Virus record (IMG/VR): IMGVR_UViG_3300046786_000304
Span: 160,001-224,000 of that record
DNA: 64,000 nt
Strand: one strand, 5' to 3'
From: a virus
Taxonomy: Duplodnaviria > Caudoviricetes
Made by a program: the position numbers and the translations under genes. Below, piece by piece: positions 19,654 through 30,197 of the stretch (the stretch's first letter is position 1; every line of letters starts with the position of its first letter). Below the pieces are notes generated by a model. That model was not told the origin of the DNA and made no database searches. It saw only the letters and a list, made by a program, of their open reading frames with translations.

Positions 19654-19757
19654 TTTAGATAAATATTACAAACATTTCGGCACCAGACCATTGGCACAAA
19701 CTTAGGCATAAAAATAAGAACACATAGTGAGAGAAACACATTTTTATAAGGAGTATT

Positions 19758-20069
19758 GTGTTAATGGCATCGGCAGCAGAACGACTAGGAATAGTTGAAA
19801 CTAAGGTTGTAAACCTTGATAATAAAATCGACGAACTAAAAGTTGATGTAAAAGAAATGCACGATTGTCTTGATAAGACTCGTGATGGTATTATGGAAAA
19901 GTTAGAAGAAATGTATGGTGCAAGTTGCAAACAGCATGAAGAACTAGCTAAAAAAGTATCAGCCATGGAAAAGTTAAAAGACAAATATACCTATATCACC
20001 ATGGGTGGAATTATTGTAATTAGTTGGGCTAGTGCTCACGCAGATAGGATTATAGCGTTATTAAAATGA
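19758..20069 (+). CDS. Coiled-coil protein with C-terminal hydrophobic segment
   Basis: Heptad-like N-terminus; ITMGGIIVISW TM-like stretch. Confidence 0.65.
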   Translation: MLMASAAERLGIVETKVVNLDNKIDELKVDVKEMHDCLDKTRDGIMEKLEEMYGASCKQHEELAKKVSAMEKLKDKYTYITMGGIIVISWASAHADRIIALLK

Positions 20070-20368
20070 ATGAATTTGAAGTTATAGTCGAAGACACAGA
20101 AGAGCCTTTAACAGAGGCTAAACGTGTTTGGGCTAAACGTGGTAAGAAATTAAAGCGCATGATTCGCTGTACTAGCGGTAAGAAAAAAGGCCGTACAGTT
20201 GCTAATGTTAGTGCTTGTAGTAAAGCAATTAATGTTAAGAAAAGATTCATGATGAAGCGCATTAGAAAACGCTTCAACGCAAAGATAGTTAGAAAAGCTA
20301 AAAGAACTAAAAAGTTTAATCCGTTGAGTAAGAGATTATCAACACTGAATAAATCAGTAAATAAGTAA
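20066..20368 (+). CDS. Highly basic hypothetical protein (putative head internal protein)
   Basis: Acidic leader ending LTE|A, then Lys/Arg-rich body. Confidence 0.65.
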   Translation: MNEFEVIVEDTEEPLTEAKRVWAKRGKKLKRMIRCTSGKKKGRTVANVSACSKAINVKKRFMMKRIRKRFNAKIVRKAKRTKKFNPLSKRLSTLNKSVNK

Positions 20369-20380
20369 AGGCACAACAAT

Positions 20381-20800
20381 ATGGCAGACGATCGCAGTTT
20401 AAAAGATGTAATAAGATTCGTAGATCCCAGCGGGGATATGAGCGATGCTGACATTGCACAAGTTGGCCGTGAATTAAAATTCACCGAAGTGTTAGACCTA
20501 ATTACTAAAGTCGGTAAAGACGATGTCGATGGAGCTAGAAACATATTAGCAAAATATGATGATAGATTTAACGTAGCTCAAGAATACAGCAATGCTCAAC
20601 CTGGACCAGGTAGTAGTTTTAAACCTATTAAACCAGTTGGCTCTGTTCCTACTATGGCTCGTAGAAATACAAACCCAAATGGCCCTCAAGATGATGATAC
20701 AGAAGGTGCGGAATTAGATTCTGCGCTTCAAGATCCTCAGACAAAAAATAGACCAGAAGTTAGACAGATACAAAGTCTTTTACAAAGGATGAAGAGATGA
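20381..20800 (+). CDS. Hypothetical protein
   Basis: ORF in coupled late cluster. Confidence 0.7.
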   Translation: MADDRSLKDVIRFVDPSGDMSDADIAQVGRELKFTEVLDLITKVGKDDVDGARNILAKYDDRFNVAQEYSNAQPGPGSSFKPIKPVGSVPTMARRNTNPNGPQDDDTEGAELDSALQDPQTKNRPEVRQIQSLLQRMKR

Positions 20801-21183
20801 AAGTATTTGACCTTATAGCAGAAGGTTATCATGGCTTTACAGGTCACTTAAAAGACTTTGGTAAAGTTAAAAGGGAAATAGACCAATCAATTCCAAATGC
20901 CAGAATCGAACCGCAATTAAGAAACACTGATACTTATATGCAAGGTAGATATGGCATAGCGTTAGCGGCAGCTGCCTCCAATCAAGGAGAAAGCTTTGAA
21001 CAAGAAAGCGCATGGGCTGAAAACCTAGGTATGTTAGCATATTCTGATGAAGAAATTAAAATTATACAAGCCGCAGACAAGCTAATGGGCGTTAAAAGTG
21101 TTGCGCTCAGTAAAAAGAGTAAAGAGCGAGATGATATTGGATCATCTAGTCCGGTAGCAGATACATCATGGAGACGCAAATGA
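20797..21183 (+). CDS. Hypothetical protein (MKVFDLIAE N-terminus)
   Basis: ATGA-coupled ORF. Confidence 0.7.
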   Translation: MKVFDLIAEGYHGFTGHLKDFGKVKREIDQSIPNARIEPQLRNTDTYMQGRYGIALAAAASNQGESFEQESAWAENLGMLAYSDEEIKIIQAADKLMGVKSVALSKKSKERDDIGSSSPVADTSWRRK

Positions 21184-21395
21184 AAATCGGCGAATTAGTA
21201 TCAGGTTTAAAATATATGGTTACTAATGAGCAAAGAGAAGTATTCAATTTGCTTAAACAAAACAACGAAATACCCAGAACAGAATTAGACGAAAGACAGC
21301 ATAGATTAGCAGAACAAATGTCCAGCCAAGGTCTAATAGATAGAATTTACAATGAAGAAACAGAAACGGTTAGTTACAAGCTATTCAACAAATAA
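21180..21395 (+). CDS. Small putative winged-helix protein
   Basis: ATGA-coupled start at 21180; helix pattern then GLIDR...VSY beta wing. Confidence 0.6.
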   Translation: MKIGELVSGLKYMVTNEQREVFNLLKQNNEIPRTELDERQHRLAEQMSSQGLIDRIYNEETETVSYKLFNK

Positions 21396-21843
21396 AGTAG
21401 ACGTTGATCGTTTACAGCAAAAAGTTGGAAGCATGTTAGATTCTAGCATACCAAAAAATATATTAGGCATGTTAGCAACATTAGAAGATACTGGGGAAAG
21501 TTTGGTATTTTATAAGCGTTGGAAACTTGTTCCACACGAAAAGAATAATTACGAAATCGTAGACTTGTGGACTAATGAATCTGTTTATTCGCATATATCG
21601 TTATTCATTAGCGCAATGTATATGATATATCATATGAACAAACAAGTAGCTTATCCTTGCCCAAAAGAGCAATTAATCTACGGTGTTGACCAAGAATATT
21701 ATAGGTGTATGGAAAATATAAGATTTTATGCTAAGAAATCCAACACTAAAGATATGGACAAATTAGAATTATTTTCGGCTAGAATTCAAGACAGCTATTA
21801 CAAGCTCGACGAAATCAAAACCCGATTATCTAAAATATATTGA
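21352..21843 (+). CDS. Hypothetical protein
   Basis: 163 aa ORF; start uncertain. Confidence 0.65.
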   Translation: MKKQKRLVTSYSTNKVDVDRLQQKVGSMLDSSIPKNILGMLATLEDTGESLVFYKRWKLVPHEKNNYEIVDLWTNESVYSHISLFISAMYMIYHMNKQVAYPCPKEQLIYGVDQEYYRCMENIRFYAKKSNTKDMDKLELFSARIQDSYYKLDEIKTRLSKIY

Positions 21844-21869
21844 TAAATAAACAAAAGGATACCTTAACC

Positions 21870-22568
21870 ATGAATACTTCAGAAATTTTTAATCCAGCAC
21901 AGCGTAAACAGCGTGTCATTGAAAGTTTTTTAAACAGCCATTACGGCCTTAAGTTGCAAGCTCACGGCGATGTTGTACAAGTACAGACTTTAATTAATAA
22001 GTTAGTTACTGAAAATCATCACATGGCCAGCACAACTAGAAACTATCAAAATACAGATCGTTATGTAAAGAACACAATGATCATTGAAGCATTAAAGCAT
22101 ATTCTTAAAGAAATTGCTCCTATGCGTACAGTTCGTAAAATGAACGAGCAAAGCGGTGAAGATCTAGCTCAAGCTGAATTGATCTTAGTTGCTCAAAACA
22201 TGGTAGAAGAACTACAGAAAATGGCTGAAGATGTTGCTCAAATGCAAACTGATGACTTGATGCCATTGGAAGAGAAAATGAAAACTACATTTGGTCAAGA
22301 ACAAGGTCAGGCATTTGGCTCCAGCGCAGACCAAGTATTTGCTACTTTATTAGATGCAGTTAAGGCTGCCAAAGACGAATTAAGCAATGCAGTTGGCGTA
22401 CTTAAAGGCGAAGCTCCTGCTATGCCTGGTGTAGGCGGTGATGAGATGGGCGGCGCAGATTTAGGTCAAACAGGCGGCGCACTAGACGCACTAGCAGGCG
22501 ATGAATTTGGCGCAGCCGATGCAGCATCAGGCGAAGAAGAATTACCAACAGGCCGCGATCTAAAGTAA
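21870..22568 (+). CDS. Helical, acidic putative head scaffold/core-like protein
   Basis: GATAAATA + AAGGA RBS before ATG 21870; Gly/Asp/Glu-rich low-complexity tail. Confidence 0.6.
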   Translation: MNTSEIFNPAQRKQRVIESFLNSHYGLKLQAHGDVVQVQTLINKLVTENHHMASTTRNYQNTDRYVKNTMIIEALKHILKEIAPMRTVRKMNEQSGEDLAQAELILVAQNMVEELQKMAEDVAQMQTDDLMPLEEKMKTTFGQEQGQAFGSSADQVFATLLDAVKAAKDELSNAVGVLKGEAPAMPGVGGDEMGGADLGQTGGALDALAGDEFGAADAASGEEELPTGRDLK

Positions 22569-22897
22569 TGAGACTATTTGAATTTGTTGACAGCGATGCA
22601 GAATTATTGGGCTTAATTAAGCCCATTCTGCTTCGTGCCAAAGCAGAAGGCGCAACTGATATTCCTATGACTCAGTTGTTAAATGATCTAGACAATAGAG
22701 ATGAAATTACTCCTGAGTTAATGATAGATATCTTACGCAGACACAGAAAAGATTTAAAAAATATTGTTACAACGGCAACAGTCGATAGTATTGTATTGAA
22801 CACTGGACCTGCTAAAGTAATGACATCAAAACAAGATCAAGATGTTAACAAAATGAAAAACACAGCATTAAAACAAGCATTGGGTAACCTAAAATGA
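22568..22897 (+). CDS. Hypothetical protein (MRLFEF N-terminus)
   Basis: TAATG-coupled ORF. Confidence 0.7.
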   Translation: MRLFEFVDSDAELLGLIKPILLRAKAEGATDIPMTQLLNDLDNRDEITPELMIDILRRHRKDLKNIVTTATVDSIVLNTGPAKVMTSKQDQDVNKMKNTALKQALGNLK

Positions 22898-23235
22898 AAA
22901 ACATAATGTTAACAGCTACACAAGCACGTGCTAAGTCACAAAATGATTCATTGGTTTTCAATGAGATTAGAGATATCGAAGATGCTATTTTAACTGCTAT
23001 TGACAATGGATTATATGAAGCTATTGTCAGCGGTACAACTATGACAGCAACAACAAGTCCAGAATCTTTAACTGCTATTGTATATTTTAATACATGGCAA
23101 GGCAGTATCGATGATAGAGCCAAGTATCTACAAATGGGACAAATCCTAACATACTTTACCGATTTAGGATACGCAATTGAACGCAGAACAAATGCGTTAA
23201 CTGGCAATACATTCAAATGGGTTGTTAGTTGGTAA
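22894..23235 (+). CDS. Hypothetical protein
   Basis: ATGA-coupled ORF. Confidence 0.7.
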   Translation: MKNIMLTATQARAKSQNDSLVFNEIRDIEDAILTAIDNGLYEAIVSGTTMTATTSPESLTAIVYFNTWQGSIDDRAKYLQMGQILTYFTDLGYAIERRTNALTGNTFKWVVSW

Positions 23236-23280
23236 TGTCGCTATAGACATTACTGTAACAAGAGTGTAAAATAACACTCT

Positions 23281-23943
23281 ATGCTATTCAATCCAATATA
23301 TCAATACCAAACATTAAAGCGAGTTGAGTCCAATGGGTCTCGACTTTATGAAACACCTGCAGGTAAAGTTGCCAGTGTTACTACTATATTAGATTCAACT
23401 AAAGATAAAACATTCTTAATTGAATGGCGTAAGCGTGTAGGAGATGCCGAAGCAACTCGCATTAGTACAGAGTCAGCGGGCCTAGGTACACTAATGCACA
23501 AACACTTAGAAAATTATGCCATGGGCCTTGAACGACCTAAGGGTAATAATGTAGTTCAGGAAATGGCACGTGCCATGGCTGATACTATGATTAATCAAGC
23601 CTTTCCTTTGATTGACGAAGTATGGGGCATTGAAGCTAGTTTATATTTTCCCGGATTGTATGCTGGTACCAGTGACATGATCGGCGTACACGAAGGTAAG
23701 CCATCAATCATTGATCATAAGACAACTAAAAAGCCTAAAAAGAAAGAATGGATCGAAGATTACTTTCTACAATGTTGTGCGTATGCGTTAGCGCATAATG
23801 AAGTACATGGCACTGACATTAAGAAAGCAGTAATTAATATTATTGACAGGGACGCAAAGTTACAAAGCTTTGTAATCGAAGGTAATGAGTTTGATTATTA
23901 TAGTATAGAATGGACCAAGAGAGTTGACCAGTTTTATAAATAA
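23281..23943 (+). CDS. PD-(D/E)XK exonuclease
   Basis: SVTTIL, GTLMH, EASL, YAGTSD, IIDHKT, QCCAYA. Confidence 0.85.
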   Translation: MLFNPIYQYQTLKRVESNGSRLYETPAGKVASVTTILDSTKDKTFLIEWRKRVGDAEATRISTESAGLGTLMHKHLENYAMGLERPKGNNVVQEMARAMADTMINQAFPLIDEVWGIEASLYFPGLYAGTSDMIGVHEGKPSIIDHKTTKKPKKKEWIEDYFLQCCAYALAHNEVHGTDIKKAVINIIDRDAKLQSFVIEGNEFDYYSIEWTKRVDQFYK

Positions 23944-23963
23944 CATTTTAAAGCAGGATTAAT

Positions 23964-24416
23964 GTGCATCACGATTTAACTGTTTGGTACGGAACAACAA
24001 CTGAAAAAATTTTAGCTTGGAGAGAATTACGAACTAAGCTATTAGACAAAACACCCGAAGAATTAATTGAAGATGTTGATCAATGGTGGACATTTACACC
24101 ATGGGTACGCAAAACAATAGATCCTTTTAAACCAGATACATGGCCTACGCCATGGGACATGATTAATCGAGGCGAGTTTTGTAGAAGCGCAATAGCACTA
24201 GGACAGGCATATACATTGTGGATGTGTTGTCCGCAACTTAACACTGAGCTTTGGTTAGTGAATAATTTCAGTGAAAAAGATGTACATCTAGTAGTAGTTA
24301 TTGATGAGAAGACAGTGCTAAATTACACACTAGGTCATGTTTTAAAACTAGAAGACTGTAACTTTGAGGTTCTAAATAAAGTTACCAGAAATGAATTGAA
24401 CCACATTAAAATATAA
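23964..24416 (+). CDS. Hypothetical protein, possibly transglutaminase-like fold
   Basis: GTG start with AGGA RBS; FCRS...HLVVV. Confidence 0.6.
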   Translation: MHHDLTVWYGTTTEKILAWRELRTKLLDKTPEELIEDVDQWWTFTPWVRKTIDPFKPDTWPTPWDMINRGEFCRSAIALGQAYTLWMCCPQLNTELWLVNNFSEKDVHLVVVIDEKTVLNYTLGHVLKLEDCNFEVLNKVTRNELNHIKI

Positions 24417-24491
24417 TAAAATAAACTGTAACAGAAGTTAAATAGACTACTAAGAATTAAAAGCAGTACAAAGAAAAAAGGAATTACATAC

Positions 24492-26837
24492 ATGATAACA
24501 TCTAACAAGCCCATTACAGTTTTAAAGCGCAGTGGCAACTATGAAGAACTACACATAGAAAAATGGCAAGCCCAAGTAGCTAAAATTTGTAAAGGTATAG
24601 CAGATGTTAGTCAATCGATGATCGAGATTAAAGCACAACCGCATTTCTATGACGGCATTACTACTCGAGAAATTGATGAGATTACATTACGGGCTATCGT
24701 CAACCTTATCGACGTTGAATCAAATCCAGACATTGGCAATATTAACTATCAATACGTAGCCGGCAAACAGCGTGTGAGTATGCTACGCAAAGATGTATAC
24801 GGTTCATACAAGCCTCCGCACCTTTATGACATTGTACTAAAGAATGTCAGCGTCGGTTTATACACACCAGAATTGTTAGAATGGTATACTCCTGAAGACT
24901 GGGACAAAATGAATGCCATGCTTGATCATGAAAAAGACGAGCAATATAGTTATGCCGCCATCGAACAATTAATTGAAAAGTATCTTGTACGCAATCGTAG
25001 TACAAAAGACATTTACGAAACTCCACAGATTAGATACATGGTTGCGGCAGCAACGGTGTTTCATAAAGAAGAGCCAAATGCGGCTCGTATGCGTTACATT
25101 AAGGAATATTACAATGCGGCTTCTGACGGCTTATTCACTCTCGCTACTCCTGTTCTTGCTGGGCTTGGGACTCCTACAAAGCAGTTCAGTAGTTGTGTAC
25201 TCATTCGCAGTGATGATGACCTTGACTCCATTTTTGCTAGTGGCGAAATGATGGCCAAGTATGCCAGCAAGCGAGCAGGCATTGGTTTAGAAATTGGACG
25301 CTTACGTCCATTAGGCAGTCCCATCCGTGGCGGAGAAATCATGCACACTGGTATGATTCCTTTCCTTAAGAAATGGTTTGGTGATTTGCGCTCGTGCTCA
25401 CAAGGAGGCATTCGTAATGCTAGTGCTACAGTTTTTTATCCTATTTGGCATCATCAGTTTGATGATCTTATCGTCCTTAAGAACAATCAAGGAACAGAAG
25501 AAACCCGAGTCCGTCATATGGATTATGGGGTTGTGCTTAGTGCTTTCTTCTGGAGACGATTTAAAAACAAAGAAGCAATAACTTTCTTTGACCCTAACGA
25601 AGTACCCGATCTATATGAAGCTTTCTATTCCAATACTAAACTGTTTGAAGAACTTTACGTCAAATATGAAAACACGCCCGGCCTCCGTAAGAAAACGATG
25701 GCTGCGGAAGAAGTTTTCAAGAGTGGTATTCTCAAAGAGAGAACAGACACTGGACGTATATATCTAGTATTCGTCGACAATGTAATGAATCAAGGACCAT
25801 TTGATCCTGAGTATCATACAATTTACCAGAGTAATCTTTGCTGTGAAATTCTTTTACCTACTAAATCCTTTAAACGTTTGGATGACAGCGATGGTCGTAT
25901 CGCACTATGCACATTGGGCTCAATCAATTGGGGTGCGTTCCGTAACCCAGAAGACATGCGCCGTGCTTGCCGCATATTGCATCGTAGCCTCAATAACATT
26001 CTTGACTATCAAGACTTTCTTTCCATCCAGTCTAAATTATCCAACGATGAAATCAGACCACTTGGAATCGGTATCACCAACCTTGCCTACTGGCACGCCA
26101 AGCGAAGTTTCAAATACGGAGAACGAGACGCCTTGGCTGAAGTCAAGGCGTGGATGGAACATCAAGCCTACTACCTAACAGAAGCCAGTGTTGAACTTGC
26201 TAAAGAACGCGGCAAGTGTGAAGGCAGTGATAAGACACGTTATGGACAAGGCACTTTCCCTTGGGAACTACGTGCTAATGGTGTTAACGAACTAGCAGAC
26301 TTCACACCAGAATTAGATTGGGAAACACTACGCACACAAATGAAAGAACACGGTGTTCGAAATGCTACACAAATGGCAGTTGCTCCTGTTGAAAGTTCTA
26401 GTGTTGTTATTAATAGTACAAATGGTATTGAAATGCCAATGAGCTTGATTAGTACTAAAGAAAGTAAAGCTGGATCATTTACACAAGTTGTTCCTGAATA
26501 TCACAAGTTAAAAAACAAGTATCAACTAATGTGGGAACAGAAAGACTGCGATGGTTACTTAAAGACAGCCAGTGTTATTGCCGCTTATGTTGACCAAAGT
26601 ATTTCGACTAACACATTCTATAATCCAGCTCACTTTGCTGATAGAAAAGTTCCAACAACATTGATTGCTAAGAACTTGATGCAAAGTCACTACTGGGGTT
26701 TGAAGACTTTCTACTATAGCTTGATTAACAAAGCAGGTAGTAAAGCAGTAGAAGAACAACAACCTGATAATGTTATCAGCTTGAATTTTAACCAACAAGA
26801 TGAACTAGACGACGATTGCGAAGCATGTAAATTATGA
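24492..26837 (+). CDS. nrdA: Ribonucleotide reductase class Ia alpha subunit
   Basis: ATP cone, FSSC, SNLCCEI, APVESSS, C-terminal CEACKL. Confidence 0.95.
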   Translation: MITSNKPITVLKRSGNYEELHIEKWQAQVAKICKGIADVSQSMIEIKAQPHFYDGITTREIDEITLRAIVNLIDVESNPDIGNINYQYVAGKQRVSMLRKDVYGSYKPPHLYDIVLKNVSVGLYTPELLEWYTPEDWDKMNAMLDHEKDEQYSYAAIEQLIEKYLVRNRSTKDIYETPQIRYMVAAATVFHKEEPNAARMRYIKEYYNAASDGLFTLATPVLAGLGTPTKQFSSCVLIRSDDDLDSIFASGEMMAKYASKRAGIGLEIGRLRPLGSPIRGGEIMHTGMIPFLKKWFGDLRSCSQGGIRNASATVFYPIWHHQFDDLIVLKNNQGTEETRVRHMDYGVVLSAFFWRRFKNKEAITFFDPNEVPDLYEAFYSNTKLFEELYVKYENTPGLRKKTMAAEEVFKSGILKERTDTGRIYLVFVDNVMNQGPFDPEYHTIYQSNLCCEILLPTKSFKRLDDSDGRIALCTLGSINWGAFRNPEDMRRACRILHRSLNNILDYQDFLSIQSKLSNDEIRPLGIGITNLAYWHAKRSFKYGERDALAEVKAWMEHQAYYLTEASVELAKERGKCEGSDKTRYGQGTFPWELRANGVNELADFTPELDWETLRTQMKEHGVRNATQMAVAPVESSSVVINSTNGIEMPMSLISTKESKAGSFTQVVPEYHKLKNKYQLMWEQKDCDGYLKTASVIAAYVDQSISTNTFYNPAHFADRKVPTTLIAKNLMQSHYWGLKTFYYSLINKAGSKAVEEQQPDNVISLNFNQQDELDDDCEACKL

Positions 26838-27943
26838 GTAAACAACAATACAACCTAAACACTAAAACAGACTATTTGAATCGTAAGATGTTTTTGGATC
26901 CACAAGGTCCAGTTACTATTCAACGATTTGAAGAAGTAAAGTATAACAAGATTGCTGACTTTGAAAAAACAGCACGTGGCTTCTTTTGGGTACCAGAAGA
27001 AATTAGTTTAACTAAAGATGCCAACGACTTTAAAGATGCTAGCGATGCTGTCAAGCATATCTTTACCAGTAACTTGTTACGTCAAACAGCATTAGATAGT
27101 TTACAAGGTCGTGGTCCTAGTCAGGTTTTCGCGCCTGTGATATCTTTGCCTGAGCTAGAAGCGTTGGTATACAATTGGACATTCTTTGAAACTAATATTC
27201 ATAGTCGCAGTTACAGTCATATCATTCGTAACATTTATAATGTGCCTAAAGAAGTATTCAATACAATTCATGACACGCAAGAAATTATTGACATGGCTAG
27301 TAGTGTTGGCAACTACTATGAAAATCTACATCAGATTAATTGTTTAAAAGAAACTACACCTCTTTTAAACTATTGGGATGAGAAAAGGCACATCAAAGCA
27401 ATCTATATGGCACTACATGCTAGCTATGCTTTAGAAGCATTCCGCTTTATGGTATCATTTGCGACAAGTTTAGCAATGGTTGAGAATAAAATCTTTATTG
27501 GTAACGGTAATATCATTAGTTTGATTTTACAGGACGAACTATTACACAAAGGATGGACAGCCTTCTTGATCAATCAAGTAGTTAAAGAAGATCCACGCTT
27601 TGCCGCCGTTAAACAAGAATGCGAAGCAGAAGTATATCAGCTATACATGGATGTTATCCGTGAAGAAAAAGCATGGGCAGATTATTTGTTTAACAAAGGT
27701 CCGGTTATTGGATTGAACGCCAATATCTTAAAAGACTTTGTTGATTATACAGCGGTTAACGCTTTAAAGGATATAGGTATTAAATATCAAAGTCCTGCGC
27801 CAAAATCTACTCCTATTCCTTGGTTTAATAAACACAGCGATACTAGTAAGAAACAAACCGCATTACAAGAAAACGAATCAACTAATTATGTTATCGGCGT
27901 CATGAGCGATAGTATTGATTATGATGCGTTGCCTGCACTATAA
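26834..27943 (+). CDS. nrdB: Ribonucleotide reductase class I beta subunit
   Basis: FFWVPEEI, ETNIHSRSY, DELLH, EEKAW, C-terminal QENESTNY. Confidence 0.95.
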   Translation: MSKQQYNLNTKTDYLNRKMFLDPQGPVTIQRFEEVKYNKIADFEKTARGFFWVPEEISLTKDANDFKDASDAVKHIFTSNLLRQTALDSLQGRGPSQVFAPVISLPELEALVYNWTFFETNIHSRSYSHIIRNIYNVPKEVFNTIHDTQEIIDMASSVGNYYENLHQINCLKETTPLLNYWDEKRHIKAIYMALHASYALEAFRFMVSFATSLAMVENKIFIGNGNIISLILQDELLHKGWTAFLINQVVKEDPRFAAVKQECEAEVYQLYMDVIREEKAWADYLFNKGPVIGLNANILKDFVDYTAVNALKDIGIKYQSPAPKSTPIPWFNKHSDTSKKQTALQENESTNYVIGVMSDSIDYDALPAL

Positions 27944-27952
27944 GGAGATCGT

Positions 27953-28114
27953 ATGACATTTGATGAAAAAGTAAAAATGTTTTGCCCAATGGAAGGCACA
28001 AAGTTCGAAGGACATTGTGTCGAAAACTTTGCTACAATTAGAGTTAAAACAGCAAAATGCGATCATGCTGAATATTGCGAAAATCTTAAAAAAGAGTTAG
28101 AAGAAGCGAAATGA
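27953..28114 (+). CDS. Small Cys-containing hypothetical protein, 53 aa (not in ORF track)
   Basis: AAGGAG RBS; MTFDEKVKMFCPMEG...; ATGA-coupled to next gene. Confidence 0.6.
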   Translation: MTFDEKVKMFCPMEGTKFEGHCVENFATIRVKTAKCDHAEYCENLKKELEEAK

Positions 28115-28536
28115 AAATTAATGAATTAGAAAATGCAATAACAGATGCGTGGTTTGATAAAGCTAGTATACAAGTTGCAAAAAAAGCAAATCCTATAAAT
28201 TATAAAAGAGCTATCGAACCAGGCAGCATTGAAACATTAGAAGGCCCGGTAAATTATCAAGCCGGCTATTATATTATCACTGGACCAAAAGGCGAACAAT
28301 ATCCTATTCCGCCTGCTAAGTTTAATGAACTATATGATGATAACAAAGATAACACAGCAATACCTAAGAAGATTATCAAAGTTGCTAAACTAGCCGATCA
28401 CGACGGTGTTGTAAATACTAGTTGGGGCGAACCACTAAATTATACAGCAGGTAATGATTATATTGTACGCCATGGCCAAGGAGATTATGGCGTTGTAAAG
28501 AAAGATATTTTCGCACAAACATACGAAGAGGTTTAA
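28111..28536 (+). CDS. PGDYG-like domain protein
   Basis: TLEGP...YIITGPKGEQYPI and AGNDYIVRHGQGDYGVV duplicated motif. Confidence 0.65.
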   Translation: MKINELENAITDAWFDKASIQVAKKANPINYKRAIEPGSIETLEGPVNYQAGYYIITGPKGEQYPIPPAKFNELYDDNKDNTAIPKKIIKVAKLADHDGVVNTSWGEPLNYTAGNDYIVRHGQGDYGVVKKDIFAQTYEEV

Positions 28537-28537
28537 T

Positions 28538-28696
28538 ATGCAAGTAAGAGTAAAAGAACAACAAGAAGAATTTGGCAGTTGCGGTTGCGGTCGTAGTCCT
28601 ACTGGACAATGTTGCGGTTGGCACGGCCTTACCGAAGAAGAATATCAAGCTGAGTTAGAAAAATACGAAGCTAATTTATTTGAGGACGAAGAATGA
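28538..28696 (+). CDS. Small CDGSH-type Fe-S/Zn-binding protein, 52 aa (not in ORF track)
   Basis: CGCGRSPTGQCCGWH motif; GAGG RBS; coupled to glutaredoxin. Confidence 0.65.
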   Translation: MQVRVKEQQEEFGSCGCGRSPTGQCCGWHGLTEEEYQAELEKYEANLFEDEE

Positions 28697-28944
28697 AAGT
28701 AGAAATTTATACAAAGGACGCATGTACTTATTGCGTACAAGCAAAGAATTTAATGAAAAGTAAAGGCTGGGAATTCACAGAACATTACATCAATGCACAG
28801 TCTAGAGAGATATTGTTAGAACAACTAACAACAAGATTAGGTACACCTCCACGTACGGTACCTCAAATCTTTATCGATGATCAAGCTATCGGCGGTTATA
28901 CTGAACTAGTACAATGGATTAAAAATGTCAACACAAACCAATAA
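28693..28944 (+). CDS. Glutaredoxin
   Basis: CTYC active site, TVPQIFI, IGGY. Confidence 0.92.
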   Translation: MKVEIYTKDACTYCVQAKNLMKSKGWEFTEHYINAQSREILLEQLTTRLGTPPRTVPQIFIDDQAIGGYTELVQWIKNVNTNQ

Positions 28945-29878
28945 TGATCCTTTTTCTAAGTCTACTGGCACTGCCTATGAACCCGGCTTTGGTACAATGA
29001 CTCGTGATTTTAATTATTCAGAAATTAAAACGATACCGTTCAACGAAGTAGCAAATTATGTAAAAAATTCCAAGGACAAATCTTGGTGTGTTGTTAGGAT
29101 TGAACCAGTTTGGGATAAAGAAAAATTCTTAAAGGATGCGAGAGAAAATTCTTTGTTGATTCCTTATATGAAAAAGGATCCTGAAATATACAGTGAGTCC
29201 TATGAAGGTGTGTCTATACAAAAGACCAAGCGTGAACTAACCAATCACGAAGAAAATTATAACAGCATTCAGCGAAATGTCTTACCAGGCGAACCTATCT
29301 TGTTTGGTGACGGAACATTATATTATACTAAAGACGGTTTGTCTAAAACTCCTACACCTAACATTCAATTAATTGAAATGGATGAAAAAAAACGAGCTAT
29401 CTGGGAGATGATATCTAAAAAACCAGCAGTATCGGCACCGCAGTATTTAAATGACTGGGCAGGAGTATTTTCTGACTTTTTAATAAGGCTAGCAGAAAAA
29501 GGATTGATTTGTTTAAGGGGTAGATATCTAAGAACAATACCCGGACAATACGCAGGACGTCATTGGGACGGGGAGTGTAGACTGCATATCCCATTATGGA
29601 CAAATGACAAAGTGTTCACTACATTTTTCGATGCCAAACAAAATTATGCACAACTAGACAAATACCACATGCCAGCAGACGGCTCTGCTTATTTGTTTAA
29701 TGCCCACGTGGCACATAATTTTGGTAATTTTGGTGATGAAGTGCGTACCCACGCAGTATTTGGTATAACAAGTGAATATCATAGCGCATGGAAAGAAGCT
29801 CAGCCGCATTTAACTACATATGAAGATGTATTACATGATTATGTCAAAGATTTGATGAGAGTTCGAAATATTAAATAA
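28925..29878 (+). CDS. 2OG-Fe(II) oxygenase, Asp/Asn beta-hydroxylase-like C-terminal domain
   Basis: RHWD...RLHIPLWTN...FNAHVAH...RTH. Confidence 0.7.
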   Translation: MSTQTNNDPFSKSTGTAYEPGFGTMTRDFNYSEIKTIPFNEVANYVKNSKDKSWCVVRIEPVWDKEKFLKDARENSLLIPYMKKDPEIYSESYEGVSIQKTKRELTNHEENYNSIQRNVLPGEPILFGDGTLYYTKDGLSKTPTPNIQLIEMDEKKRAIWEMISKKPAVSAPQYLNDWAGVFSDFLIRLAEKGLICLRGRYLRTIPGQYAGRHWDGECRLHIPLWTNDKVFTTFFDAKQNYAQLDKYHMPADGSAYLFNAHVAHNFGNFGDEVRTHAVFGITSEYHSAWKEAQPHLTTYEDVLHDYVKDLMRVRNIK

Positions 29879-29887
29879 AGAGGATAT

Positions 29888-30196
29888 ATGTTAAAAGAAA
29901 ATAGAATCGGTCATACCGTAAGTATGAAATTAACCAGCGGCGACGAAGTTGTTGGTAAAGTCTCAGGACAGACAGCAGAAGGTCTTACTATTAGTAAGCC
30001 TGTTATTCTGGCTGCCAGCAGAGAAGGACTACAAATGGTTCCTTTCATGATGACTGCTAGTCCTGACGGAGACTTTATGTTTAAAGCACATAATATTATG
30101 TGCGTCGCAACAACGTCTGATCAAGTAGCAGATGCGTATCTTGAAAGCACGACTGGTATTAAACCAGTTCGAAACTCTAGCAGTATCATAGTTTAA
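29888..30196 (+). CDS. Conserved phage hypothetical protein (Sm/SH3-like)
   Basis: VSMKLTSGDEVVGK beta-barrel-like pattern. Confidence 0.7.
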   Translation: MLKENRIGHTVSMKLTSGDEVVGKVSGQTAEGLTISKPVILAASREGLQMVPFMMTASPDGDFMFKAHNIMCVATTSDQVADAYLESTTGIKPVRNSSSIIV

Positions 30197-30197
30197 T

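Noticed and set aside
23281-23943. Cas4 call for the exonuclease
   Set aside because: No Fe-S Cys cluster and no cas context; it is a common phage PD-(D/E)XK nuclease
24492-27943. Intron or intein in nrdA/nrdB
   Set aside because: Both ORFs are continuous and of normal length
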